Below, one piece after another: positions 1 to 10,006 of a stretch of 32,000 nt of DNA. The notes beneath the pieces were generated by a model that saw only the letters and a list, made by a program, of their open reading frames with translations, ran no database searches and was not told the origin of the DNA. The DNA is from Wallemia ichthyophaga EXF-994 (lineage: Eukaryota; Fungi; Basidiomycota), in contig NW_008806274.1 of NCBI RefSeq assembly GCF_000400465.1, positions 210,244 to 242,243 on the forward strand, written 5' to 3'. Both the position numbers and the translations under genes were made by a program. Within the stretch, counting starts at the first letter, position 1; every line of letters begins with the position of its first letter.

Positions 1-254
1 TGACGCGGATCAGGGAATTGGGCAGCTTCGAGCATATCGAGGATATATTCGATAACGATGTCGTCCTCGAAGCCGAGCGCATCCACCACACGCTCCGTCA
101 CCCATCCGCGGAAGACAGTGAGGTTCACGCGGCGCATGTCCACCCGTGTGCTGAACGAGGGCGGGAACTGCGTTGTGCGCAGTGTGTGCAGGTCTTTATC
201 GCGATACTTGCGGTCCTTTTCCGCTGATACTCCTGTCAGGCCTGCGTCCGGCAT
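1..254 (-). CDS. PWI-domain splicing/3'-processing factor (SRRM1/SRm160-like), 5' part; runs off the window edge
   Basis: Not in the ORF track. Hand translation from ATG 254: MPDAGLTGVSAEKDRKYRDKDLHTLRTTQFPPSFSTRVDMRRVNLTVFRGWVTERVVDALGFEDDIVIEYILDMLEAAQFPDPR. FPPxF..VDMxxVNL..W..LGFED.PDP is the PWI signature. Confidence 0.9.
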   Translation of the reverse strand, partial: MPDAGLTGVSAEKDRKYRDKDLHTLRTTQFPPSFSTRVDMRRVNLTVFRGWVTERVVDALGFEDDIVIEYILDMLEAAQFPDPR

Positions 255-267
255 TTCGTCGTTGGCG

Positions 268-287
268 GTTAACGGTCGACCGTCAAC
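268..287. promoter_or_regulatory. Near-perfect 20-bp palindrome inside a 64-bp divergent spacer
   Basis: GTTAACGGTCGACCGTCAAC; perfect 12-bp core ACGGTCGACCGT (272-283), one mismatched pair (271/284). Function inferred from position only. Confidence 0.45.
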
Positions 288-318
288 AGCCAGCACCTAC
301 CACCTACAGCTATCAGAT

Positions 319-1180
319 ATGCCACACAAGAGAGCTAAGAGGAGCGTGCGCGAGAAGAATACTAAGGATACGTGGGTGCGAGCTGTGCGTGGTGTGCTTT
401 GCGCTAACCCACTCGCTCACCAACAGCGGGTTCAATAACGCCCCAAGTGGCTATCGTATCGACAGAGAAGAACTGCCAAAAGGCGCCATGCGGATTCTTA
501 TGGGTGGTCAGATCCAGGCTGACTATCGCGATAAGAAGAATAAACGGAAGCGTGATGCAGACGATGCGAACGAAAAGGAGAAAGCTGATGTGGGTGGTAA
601 TAGAAAAAAGACTGAGAATTCTCAGCTTACAGCTCACAAACAGCTCAAAATACGCCCCGAAGAACGCCTGAAAGACTACAATCGCCGTATCGATAACAAA
701 ATGCGCAAAGATATCAACAGCACTATCAAGAGCCACTCGTCGGAGAAAACGGCCAAGCAGATGAACAAGAAGATGCAAGACGAGGATGCCAAGAGGAAAG
801 AGAAGGCGGAGAAGAAGGCAAAGACGAAATCAGACAAGCTTGAGAAGAAGAGAGAGGAAGAGACGGTCACAGCAGCAGGCTCACAATCTGATTCAGACGG
901 TGAGACTATCCAGCCCCCTAGAGATTTCGCTGGTGCTGAACGGGTGCGTCTCAATGACGTCGCACAAGCACCGCCTTCTCTCCCGCGGATGAATCGCCAG
1001 GCCAAACGATTCGGTGTGGAGGATTCGAATGCAGGCAGCAGAGTGGGCACACCCCTTATGCGTCAGCTTGAACTGGAGAAAGAACGTGCGCGCGTCATCA
1101 GTCTTTATCGCGCTCAGAAAGGCAAGCGTCTGGAGAATTGGGTGAGCAGCAAGGAAGAAGCAGAAGCACAAGTCGAGTGA
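319..1180 (+). CDS. Lys/Glu-rich, probably nucleolar conserved fungal protein (UPF0653 / CCDC137-like)
   Basis: join(319..371,427..1180); 55-nt intron GTGGGT..GCTAAC..CAG, phase consistent. Motifs MPHKRAKRSVRE, LKIRPEERLKDYNRRID, RLNDVAQAPP. Family call from recall. Confidence 0.8.
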
Positions 1181-1248
1181 TGGCTTGGATTATATAATAA
1201 CTTATTCATTTCATTTCTCTTCTCATAATATACTCGATGGTTGCACAC

Positions 1249-1919
1249 TCAAGCATCATCCACTTCGCGCGTAGACTTGTTGAGGAAATTCCAGAAGTAC
1301 CGCGCTTGAAACACGCCTGCACTGTCAAAGAGATCGGGGTAGGGTATACTGCTGAGAGATTTCTTCGCATTGATCAGGCTCTTGCCCCCATTAGCTGTGC
1401 GTCTATAAGACAATTTGATTTCGTACTTGGGACAAGTATTTGCGCTGTGACTTGCTGGAATGGTAGTAGAGCGTATCTGTACGCTCGACGTCTCTATGCG
1501 TCCCTGTAGTGTCTTGCGTCTGCCCGTAAACACCTTATTGGAAATGACCAATTTAGCGTGCAACCAGAGGAGTGCACTGAGAATAGTGTATATTGACACC
1601 GCTACTCCAACCGCCTCCTTGGATTCCTCGAATGGGACCGTGTATGACCACGCGCAGACGCCGCCGCCAATTATACACGCTATCCAGCCCACTACGAGCT
1701 GTACATCAGTGTGTCTGTATGACTGCTTGTAGCCATGGGACGTTGTCAGTATCTGTAGGAGCTCTTTAGAATCACTGTCGCTGAGACTCCCCGGCTCACC
1801 CTCTTGACGGCATCGTCGCACGTCAGCTTAGCTGCTGTCAAATCAAGCGGGTTTATCACTATCTTCTCATCCTCATCCTCTTTTGGTGGTGGCGTCGGTG
1901 CTTTTTCGTTTACAGACAT
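1249..1919 (-). CDS. SPC2: Signal peptidase complex subunit 2 (SPC25 family)
   Basis: complement(join(1249..1752,1800..1919)); 47-nt intron GTGAGC..CAG. CDDAVKR / [13 protein letters not shown] followed by two hydrophobic helices. Confidence 0.9.
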
Positions 1920-1991
1920 GTGCTGGCTGGTGGTGTGAGATAGAGGAACGTTCGGACAAATCAAAACAAAATAAATCATAGCGTTATTAGA

Positions 1992-2063
1992 AACATTAGC
2001 AACATTAGCAACATTTGCAGCATACGCAGCATATACATCATACACAGCATACATAGCATGTAC
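1992..2063. repeat. Degenerate 9-nt tandem array (8 units)
   Basis: aacattagc aacattagc aacatttgc agcatacgc agcatatac atcatacac agcatacat agcatgtac; between the LEU4 stop and the SPC2 start. Confidence 0.8.
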
Positions 2064-2077
2064 AAATACACAACAAA

Positions 2078-4031
2078 CTAATTCACCCCATTCACAGCCG
2101 CATTCACACCTCCTTTGAGATTATCCACCACACCCGCCGCAGCGGTCTTGATGGCGTCTGCAGTAGTCAGAGGCTGTACTTGAGGAAAGACGTTATCTTG
2201 ACAAGCCTGCGACGCGGCGCTGAGGACAGCCTTGAGACCTGACGCGGCGGCATCAGGATCGATACCGACACCCCAGTAATCTTTAGTTCCATCTGAGAGA
2301 TTGACATACGAGGCAGCCTGCACATATGAGCCTCTCCCGATAGCGTGTTCCTCGTAAGACTTGACGCTCAGCTGCGCGCCCAGCTGTTTCTTCAGACCAT
2401 CGAGCATAGCAGTGATGGCACCGTTGCCGACACCGTCCACAGTGCGCGACTCCCCATCCACCGCGATTCTGCCCTTGAACGTACGTGTGTATTCCGCGTC
2501 GCTAGGCGTCGACTCGCCTCCACCTCTACTGTCTTCGAGGGAGAAGTTGCGCAGGGCGAGTCGCCCCTTAGTGGAGAATTCCTCGAGATAGTACTGTCTC
2601 TTAAAAGTGTCGATGATGTCGTCGACGCCGATCTCCGTACCTGTCTTGTCGGATGCCTGTTGGATGACCTGGTAGAAAGATACCTGCATGCGACGAGGGA
2701 GATCCATGCCGAGTATCTGTTTAACAAGATACGCAATACCGCCCTTGCCTGACTGTGAGTTGACCCTGATCACAGCCTCGTAGCTGCAGCCAATATCAGC
2801 CGGGTCGATGGGCAGATAGGGCATGGACCAGATGTTGTCGCCGCCATCAGCGCGTCTCTGCTGTGCCTCGAAGCCCTTCTTGATTGCGTCCTGGTGAGAG
2901 CCTGAGAACGCGGTGAAGACAAGCTCACCCGCGTATGGGTGGCGCGGGTGGACTGGTAATCCTGTACACTGAGAGACAGTGTCGATCACAGACAGCATGT
3001 CGTCGAATTTCAACCCAGGGTTGATACCCTGGCTGTAGAGATTCATGGCGAGAGTCACGAGATCTACATTACCAGTGCGCTCGCCATTGCCGAATACACA
3101 CCCTTCCACGCGGTCTGCACCAGCGAGCTGGCCGAGCTCAGCTGCTGCCACACCGCTGCCTCTATCGTTGTGTGGGTGGAGCGATACATGTACCTTCTCT
3201 CTCTCACCGATGTGTCTGCAGAAGTACTCGATCTGATCGGCGTATGTGTTTGGTGTGCCGACCTCGACGGTGGCAGGGAGGTTGAAAATGATCGGCACCT
3301 CCGCACTAGGCTTCCAAATGCTCTTGACGACTTTGCAGATCTCGACAGCGAACTGTGTCTCAGTCTGGGTGAAAGTCTCTGGCGAGTACTCGTATGCAAA
3401 GATAGTACCGTATTTATCGGAGTACTCGTCGGCAAGCGTTCTCACCAGCTCCGTGTGCTCTTTAGCCAGTTTGATTGTTTCTTCCTTGGAGTTGCGGAAG
3501 ACGACATCGCGAAAGAGGGGAGAGGTGGCGTTGTACATGTGGATGACTGCCCTCTTTGCGCCTGCAATCGACTCGAAGGAGCGCTTGATAAGATCGGAGC
3601 GTGCCGGAGTGAGAACTTGGACCCAGACGTCGTCTGGAGTGAGGCCTGGCGTCTCAATTACAGATCGGACAAAGTTGAAATCAGTATCGCTGGCGGCGGG
3701 GAAAGCAGCCTCAATCTGCTTTACACCGATTTTAACTAGCATTTTCCAGAATCTAGTTTTCCTGTCGGAGAGATAAGCCGATTAGCTGGAGAAGCGGAAA
3801 AAGGGAATACGCACGCTTCTATAGACATAGGATTGGCGAGGGATTGATTTCCGTCTCTCAAATCTGTCGATAGCCAGATCGGGGACTTCTCCAGGGAATT
3901 GGAAGGCCAAGTCCTGTCGTCGAGCTTGATCGATGGCTGGAACTTTTTGTATTTGAGGGAAGGATCTTGTCTGCTCTGGGTGTGAGTGGTGGATTGATTG
4001 ATCAACTGAGTAATGCTCACAGCATGGGCAT
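2078..4031 (-). CDS. LEU4: 2-isopropylmalate synthase
   Basis: complement(join(2078..3761,3815..3970,4021..4031)); introns 50 and 53 nt. Spliced N-terminus MPMLQDPSLKY; motifs [39 protein letters not shown]. Confidence 0.97.
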
Positions 4032-4103
4032 ATCGGGCGATGATGATAGTTTCGGACAAGGAGAAATTCGAGAGATATCGAGTCACAGCGGAATGGAGAT
4101 GGG

Positions 4104-4111
4104 TGAGTCAT
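4104..4111. promoter_or_regulatory. Gcn4/CpcA-type element TGAGTCAT upstream of LEU4
   Basis: Exact TGA(C/G)TCA match 73-80 bp upstream of the ATG; second half-site GAGTCA at 4080-4085. Confidence 0.55.
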
Positions 4112-4125
4112 GGCGATGGCGGTGG

Positions 4126-4170
4126 GAGCGTAGGCAGTGTAGGCCGTGTATGCCGTGTAGGAAGTGTAGG
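4126..4170. repeat. Degenerate 9-nt tandem array (5 units)
   Basis: gagcgtagg cagtgtagg ccgtgtatg ccgtgtagg aagtgtagg. Confidence 0.75.
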
Positions 4171-4272
4171 TGGTGGAGCTACAGGGCTGGAAATGACTTG
4201 ATCAATCAGGTCGAGAGAAGGGTGGATGCGTGGATGCGACTTGGATACATGATTGATTAACATTATAAGATT

Positions 4273-4597
4273 CTACGTGCTATTCTCAGCTGCAGCGTCT
4301 TTAAAGGTAATTTCGAGCTTTTTGGCTGCGAGTATCTGTGTATGCATCATGAGCTGTGAGCTGTGTAGTAAACACACCAACTCACCCTACTAAAGCACCC
4401 ATCACAGAAGACAGACTGCTCAGCTGGAGCTGTATCACAATCCCACCAAACGCATTCACTTGGATTCCGGTGCTTACTCGCAATACAATCAATGCAGTGG
4501 TCGCAATTGTAGAGCTGGTGCTGGGTGCATTGGGCTGTTGCACACTTCTAGCCGCTGCGTTAGTTGCATGAACCTGTGATTACACCAAGCATACCAT
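4273..4597 (-). CDS. Small Cys-rich putative zinc-binding protein (75 aa), no recognised family
   Basis: complement(join(4273..4335,4386..4547,4595..4597)); introns GTATGC..ACTAAC..TAG (47 nt) and GTGAGT..CAG (50 nt), both phase 0. MKCATAQCTQHQLYNCDHCIDCIASKHRNPSECVWWDCDTAPAEQSVFCDGCFSRILAAKKLEITFKDAAAENST. Probable 5'-UTR intron 4718..4763 (GTGCGT..GCTCAC..CAG). Confidence 0.6.
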
Positions 4598-5162
4598 GGA
4601 ATCTGAATTATTGGGTATAATGCTTGATTTATTGAGGGATATAATGAGATTATCTCTTGTGGGGTCGAAGCCCCTGCGTCCGCCTCCGCCGAGTCTAAGT
4701 GTTGGCCGTGTGTGTGCCTGTAACGTGAGCGTGGAGGTGTAATTGGGACAGACAGGAACGCACAGGCTGTTAGCGTTGAGACTATATAGCAGCCACAACT
4801 ACATAATACATAATACAATTACAATTACAAATGTCAGGACGCTAAATACAAAGACATTCGAGTGGAGCTATCTAATAGGATAATCTATAGCGGAAAAAGA
4901 GATATCCAGGGATTCCTAGGGATAGCCAATGTCAGCCAGTGATATTGTGACATCCGAATTCACTTACACAGTTACATCTGGTACGTCAGAGTACACCAGC
5001 GTGGATAAATCCGTAGAAGCTACACGCACACACACACTACACACATCACAACACCTACACCCCGCCCACTCCCGCCGATTCCGCCTAATAAAATTTTGGA
5101 TTTCTTCTCTTCAATTGCAAAAATCTGGCGATTCGCTTCTCAGCAGCTTACGGTGTACAAAA

Positions 5163-6051
5163 ATGTGAGTAAATGGATAGGGAGAGAGCATGTAAAGGGT
5201 TTTCAGTGTTTTTGTGGGCCAGGAATATTCCCATCGCAGTCCCGCTTTGATATAGAGTATATCGAGCTATTTTCAAGTTTTTGAGAAGAGGTTCATGTGG
5301 GCAAGTAAGAAGAATATTCCATTACTTTAAGTAATCTGGGTAATCCACACACTCCCCACTCTCCCCACCCCTCACAACTCCCACTCACTCCCATTCCCAG
5401 GGGTGCCTACAAATACGTCCAAAGCATCAACCAGCACAAGCAAAGTGACTTGGTCAAGTTTAGACTTCGTGTTATGGCATGGTACTTGAGACAACTCACC
5501 GTCATCTCACGTGCACCTGGTCCATCCAACCTTGTCCGCGCCAGACAGCTCGGTTACAAGAGAAAGCAAGGCTACGTAATCTACAGAGTGAGAGTGCGTA
5601 GAGGTAACCGTAAGCGCCCATGTCCAAAGGGTGTTACGAACGGTGGGTTGTTTTGTTTTTTCAACAAGATTTTCACTCACTCCATCCAGGTAAGCCAGTA
5701 AGACAGGGTATTAACCACCTCAAGCCATCGAGAGGCCACAGAGCTCTCGCTGAGGAACGTGTCGGTCGTCGCTGCTCCAACCTTCGCGTACTCAACTCTT
5801 ACTGGATCAACCAAGACGGTGTGTACAAGTTCTACGAAGTCATTCTCGTCGATCCTTCACACAAGGCTATCAGAAGAGATGCTCGTATCAACTGGATTTG
5901 CGACGCTGTTCACAAGCACCGTGAATCTAGAGGTCTCACCGCTGAAGGCAAGAAGAACCGTGGTCTTGGTAAGGGTCACAGATTCAACAAGACCCCTCGT
6001 CGTGCTACCTGGCGCAGAAACAACACCCTCTCTCTCACCCGTTACCGTTAA
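5163..6051 (+). CDS. RPL15: 60S ribosomal protein eL15
   Basis: join(5163..5164,5401..5642,5690..6051); start codon split AT|G by a 236-nt intron; second intron 47 nt; 201 aa. [52 protein letters not shown]. Confidence 0.97.
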
Positions 6052-6210
6052 ACGAGGTGATGAGGGTGTGTGTGTTGGGTGTGGTGTGTTGTTATTACCA
6101 AGCAATGCAGGACACTCTATGTACACACTTTACACAATGCACATTCATGTCGCTGTTTTTTTAATTGCTTTTGATATGTTTTGCTAGTTTGCTATTTCTT
6201 ACTGAAATTT

Positions 6211-7852
6211 TCATCTTCCCAAAACCCCCATCATGGCATCGACAGTGAGGAATTTCTCTCTCAACTTGCCATGGTCTTTGCCATTATCGATCTCGGCCTG
6301 GTTAATACGCAGCCAATCGGACCATTTGACAGCCTGATGCTCGACAACAGGTGGTACGCCTGGGAGGGGGGATGTAGAAGGAGCCCAATCGAGATGAGAA
6401 GCGTTTGTGAAGGAAACACCAGCTGCCTCGTCCTCACCGCTCTCACCTTCAACCTGATCGCTGTGCAGATCCGAGACAATAGTATCAGCGACGCTATACG
6501 AGTCGTACATAGTAGACGCGATGACGCCGACAGGCCCTCGACTCGCCCAGCCTGTGGAGTAAACGTTGGGTATCTGCAGTGAGTGAGGTGAGTGAGATGA
6601 GACACATTTCAATCACCACGGAACCCACATTAACTCCATCTTCACCTATAACTCTCCCGCCGGAGTTACGTATGACGCCGCGTGAAGTGTCGAAGGGGAT
6701 GTTGCCTAGTGGGTGCGCCCTGTATCCTATACTCTCTATCGCGAGGTCGTACTCTTCTTCATGTGTTTGGGCTGTGGGCGTAGCGAGTACCCGTGCTGGC
6801 GTCTGCGTTGCTGGCTCACCACCCACTACACTCGTTGAGGGTGGTGTTTCGGTGAGTTTGTTCACTGCAAACGATATGTGTGTGAGGTGGTCCTTATCTT
6901 GCTTGCTGTGGAAATGTGTCGGGGAGAGAAGGAAGCGCAAGCCCCAAGTTTTAGCAGCGTCGTGCATCCCACACTTGCTGCCATCAGCCAGGAGATTGAG
7001 AATGCGTTTTTTAGCGCGCCATTCGCGGTCATTGGAGGCATGCTGATCGCCGTGCATGATGGCATGGTGAATCGCGTCACTCGCCTCGCTGACGCCCCCG
7101 CCCACACCCACGCTCTTCATAGCGACGTCTGGGAGATGCATCATTTCACGCGTCTCCTTGGCCGTGAAAGCCACCTGGGCAGGACCGCGGCGGCCGACGA
7201 GATCGACGTGATCGATGGAGGCGTGTTGGAGGGAGTGGAGGACACTCGATGGGATGTCAGTGTGTGAGAGAGCGTGTGCGCTGCGGTTGGTGGTCAGCAG
7301 AACACGCGCTATATCCAACCCCACATTGCCCTGGCCGATGATGGCGACTTTGCGCGCGCGCGAGAGGTCCGCGGAGAGAGAATCGTGGAGGTGTGTGTAG
7401 TCGGGGTGGCCATTGTACCAGCCAACTAGATCGGCAGCAGAGTACACACCGCGTAGTCGCCGTGATGAACCGACTGAGCCGGGGATGCGGAGGTGGGTGG
7501 GTTGAGAAGCACCGTAGCTGAATGCCAAGTGGGTGTAGTGCTTGGCGAGGAGGGAAAGGGATATATCATTGTTCTTGGTACTGTCACCAACTGAGACACC
7601 GCCGTAAAACTTAAATCTATTATCACTGGCAGCTCTGCTGAAGGAATTGACGCAATTCTTTACATCAGGGTGATCAGGCGCTACGCCATACCTCACTAAT
7701 CCAAACGGCACGGGTAATCGCTCGTACATGTGGATAGCGTGGTTGGGGTTGTAAGGGAGCTGGTTGAGTAGTCGCTGGGTTAGGTAGAATGCAGAAGGAC
7801 CAGAGCCAAGTACCGCGAGTTTGAACGGCTTTATTGGCTGATTAAAACCCAT
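6211..7852 (-). CDS. ARH1: NADPH:adrenodoxin (ferredoxin) oxidoreductase
   Basis: complement(join(6211..6573,6629..7852)); 55-nt intron. LAVLGSGPSAFY, PFGLVRYGVAPDHPDVK, IIGQGNVGLDIAR, GRRGP, GWASRGPVGVIASTMYD. First ATG 7852; the ORF track uses TTG 7870. Confidence 0.95.
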
Positions 7853-7882
7853 GACAGGTACTCTCAACAAGCAACATCCATC

Positions 7883-9815
7883 ATGCCAACGATATCGGTC
7901 GATAAAAGGGAATTATTTGATAGACTGGGAAGGGAATATTGTGGGTTGATTATTTGTATTTGTATGTCCCGTTAACCCACTCCCAGCCACTCAAGAATTT
8001 GATCAACTTTGCTTTGAATTTGGAATCGAATTGGACGAGGATACCACAGAGGAGGTGGCTGAGTTGACTAGGAATAACCAGCCTTCTGAGCCTCCTCAAC
8101 TCAAAATTGAAATCCCTGCCAATCGCTATGATCTTCTCTGCATTGAAGGTATCGCCAGGGCTTTGAATGTCTTCTTGGGGAGGCAATCACCCCCAGTCTA
8201 CACAGCTGCACCTGCAAATCACACTAGAAAACTTAGAATCGACAGCTCCACCAAAGACGTCAGGCCATTCGCTGCTGCTGCTATCCTCAGAGGCGTGCAC
8301 TTCTCCCCTTCCTCGTATGCCTCTTTCATCGACCTCCAGGACAAACTACACTCAAACCTCTGCCGCAAACGTCAATTCGTTGCTATTGGTACTCATGACT
8401 ACGATACTCTCGCACACACAGGCACCTTCACCTACCAAGGCACAAAACCTGAAAATATTCACTTTACTCCCCTTAACAAGGATAAAGAGGTGGATGGATA
8501 TCAACTTATGGACCTCTACTCACAAGACAAACATATCAGCAAGTTCCTCCACCTCATCGACAAGTCCCCTGTCTACCCAACTATCTACGACTCAAACAAC
8601 ACCCTCCTCTCTCTCCCCCCACTCATCAACGGTGATCACTCCAAGATCAAGATGTCTACTACAAACATCTTTATCGAGTGCACTGCCACTGATGCCACCA
8701 AGTTGGAAATGGTCCTCGACATTATCTGCGCCATGTTCAGTGAGTATACCGAGAAGCCGTATGAAATTGAGCAGGTGGAAGTGGTGAATCCAGATAATAC
8801 CACTCACCTCACCCCACCCCTTCAACCACGCCAAATCAAAGCGCGTTCATCCTACATCAACTCTTGCACCGGTCTCACAACCACAGCCGCCGAGATAGTT
8901 GGTTTGCTCAGCAAGATGGGTTTACCATCCACCGCGACTGGCGAAGCTGAGTACGACATCAGCGTCACAATCCCCATCACACGCCCAGACATACTTCACG
9001 AATGTGACATAATGGAAGACGCTGCGATTGCATACGGCTTCAATAACCTCCCGCGCACTTTCCCCAAGGCGTACACGGTCGCTGCCCCACTCCCCATCAA
9101 CAAGCTGAGTGATATTATGCGCCGCGAGGCTGCTATGGCGGGGGGGACAGAGGTCCTTCCACTCATCCTCTGCTCGCGGGATGAGAACTGCGCATACCTC
9201 AACAGGCACCCTGACGAACTCAAACATGCTGTCCACCTCGCTAATCCGAAAACACTCGAGTATCAGGTCGTTAGAACGTCCCTCCTCCCCGGTTTACTCA
9301 AAACAATACGCGAGAATAAACATCACGCCCTGCCTATCAAGGTGTTCGAGACCTCTGATGTAGCTTTTGTTGATCAAGGGCTGGAAAGAAAGTCGAAGAA
9401 TGAGAGGAGAGTAGGTGGTGTGTATAACGATAAGAAGGGTTCTTTTGAAGTGGCACACGGATTACTTGATAGACTGCTCAATATGCTCGCTGTTCACTTC
9501 CTGCCATCTGATACTCGTAAAGAGGCTGAAAAAGGTTACTATATCGTCGAAAGCGATAACCCTACTTACTTCCCTGGTCGCGCTGCTTCCATTGTCTACA
9601 GACCTCCTCCGTCTGACGATCAAGATAATGATGGCGCTTTCGCCTCACTCAAATCAACCCTCGCTCATGCCCTCCCCGACTCACTCAAAGATCTCGTCAA
9701 TTCCAGAGATAGAGTCATCGGCTCTCTCGGTATCGTTCATCCTGACGTGTTGAATCACTTTGAAATCAAAAATCCTTGTTCGGCGTTTGAGTTTAATTTG
9801 CAAGAGTTTTTGTAA
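7883..9815 (+). CDS. FRS1: Cytosolic phenylalanyl-tRNA synthetase beta subunit
   Basis: join(7883..7940,7987..9815); 46-nt intron. MPTISVDK, FDQLCFEFGIELDED, IEIPANRYDLLCIEG, DLQDKLH, TRPDILHECDIMEDAAIAYG, VRTSLLPGLLKT. Confidence 0.97.
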
Positions 9816-10006
9816 GTGCGTGGGTGTTGATGGAATAGATTTCAATGGTTTCTTTAAATTCATTGTGATTTATATGCTTTGTTTGCTTTCCTTGACACAT
9901 GATATATAAATGATATACAATAAGTGGTTGATATATAATAGATGAGAGATGTGTATACGAATTCTAAACCCACACCCACACTCACACTTACACTCACAGC
10001 CAACAA

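Noticed and set aside
2345-3776. Long + strand ORFs (2345..2752, 3170..3739, 3246..3776)
   Set aside because: Antisense shadows of the GC-rich LEU4 CDS with no motifs.
4032-4272. Leu3-type CCG-N4-CGG site upstream of LEU4
   Set aside because: Looked for and not found.
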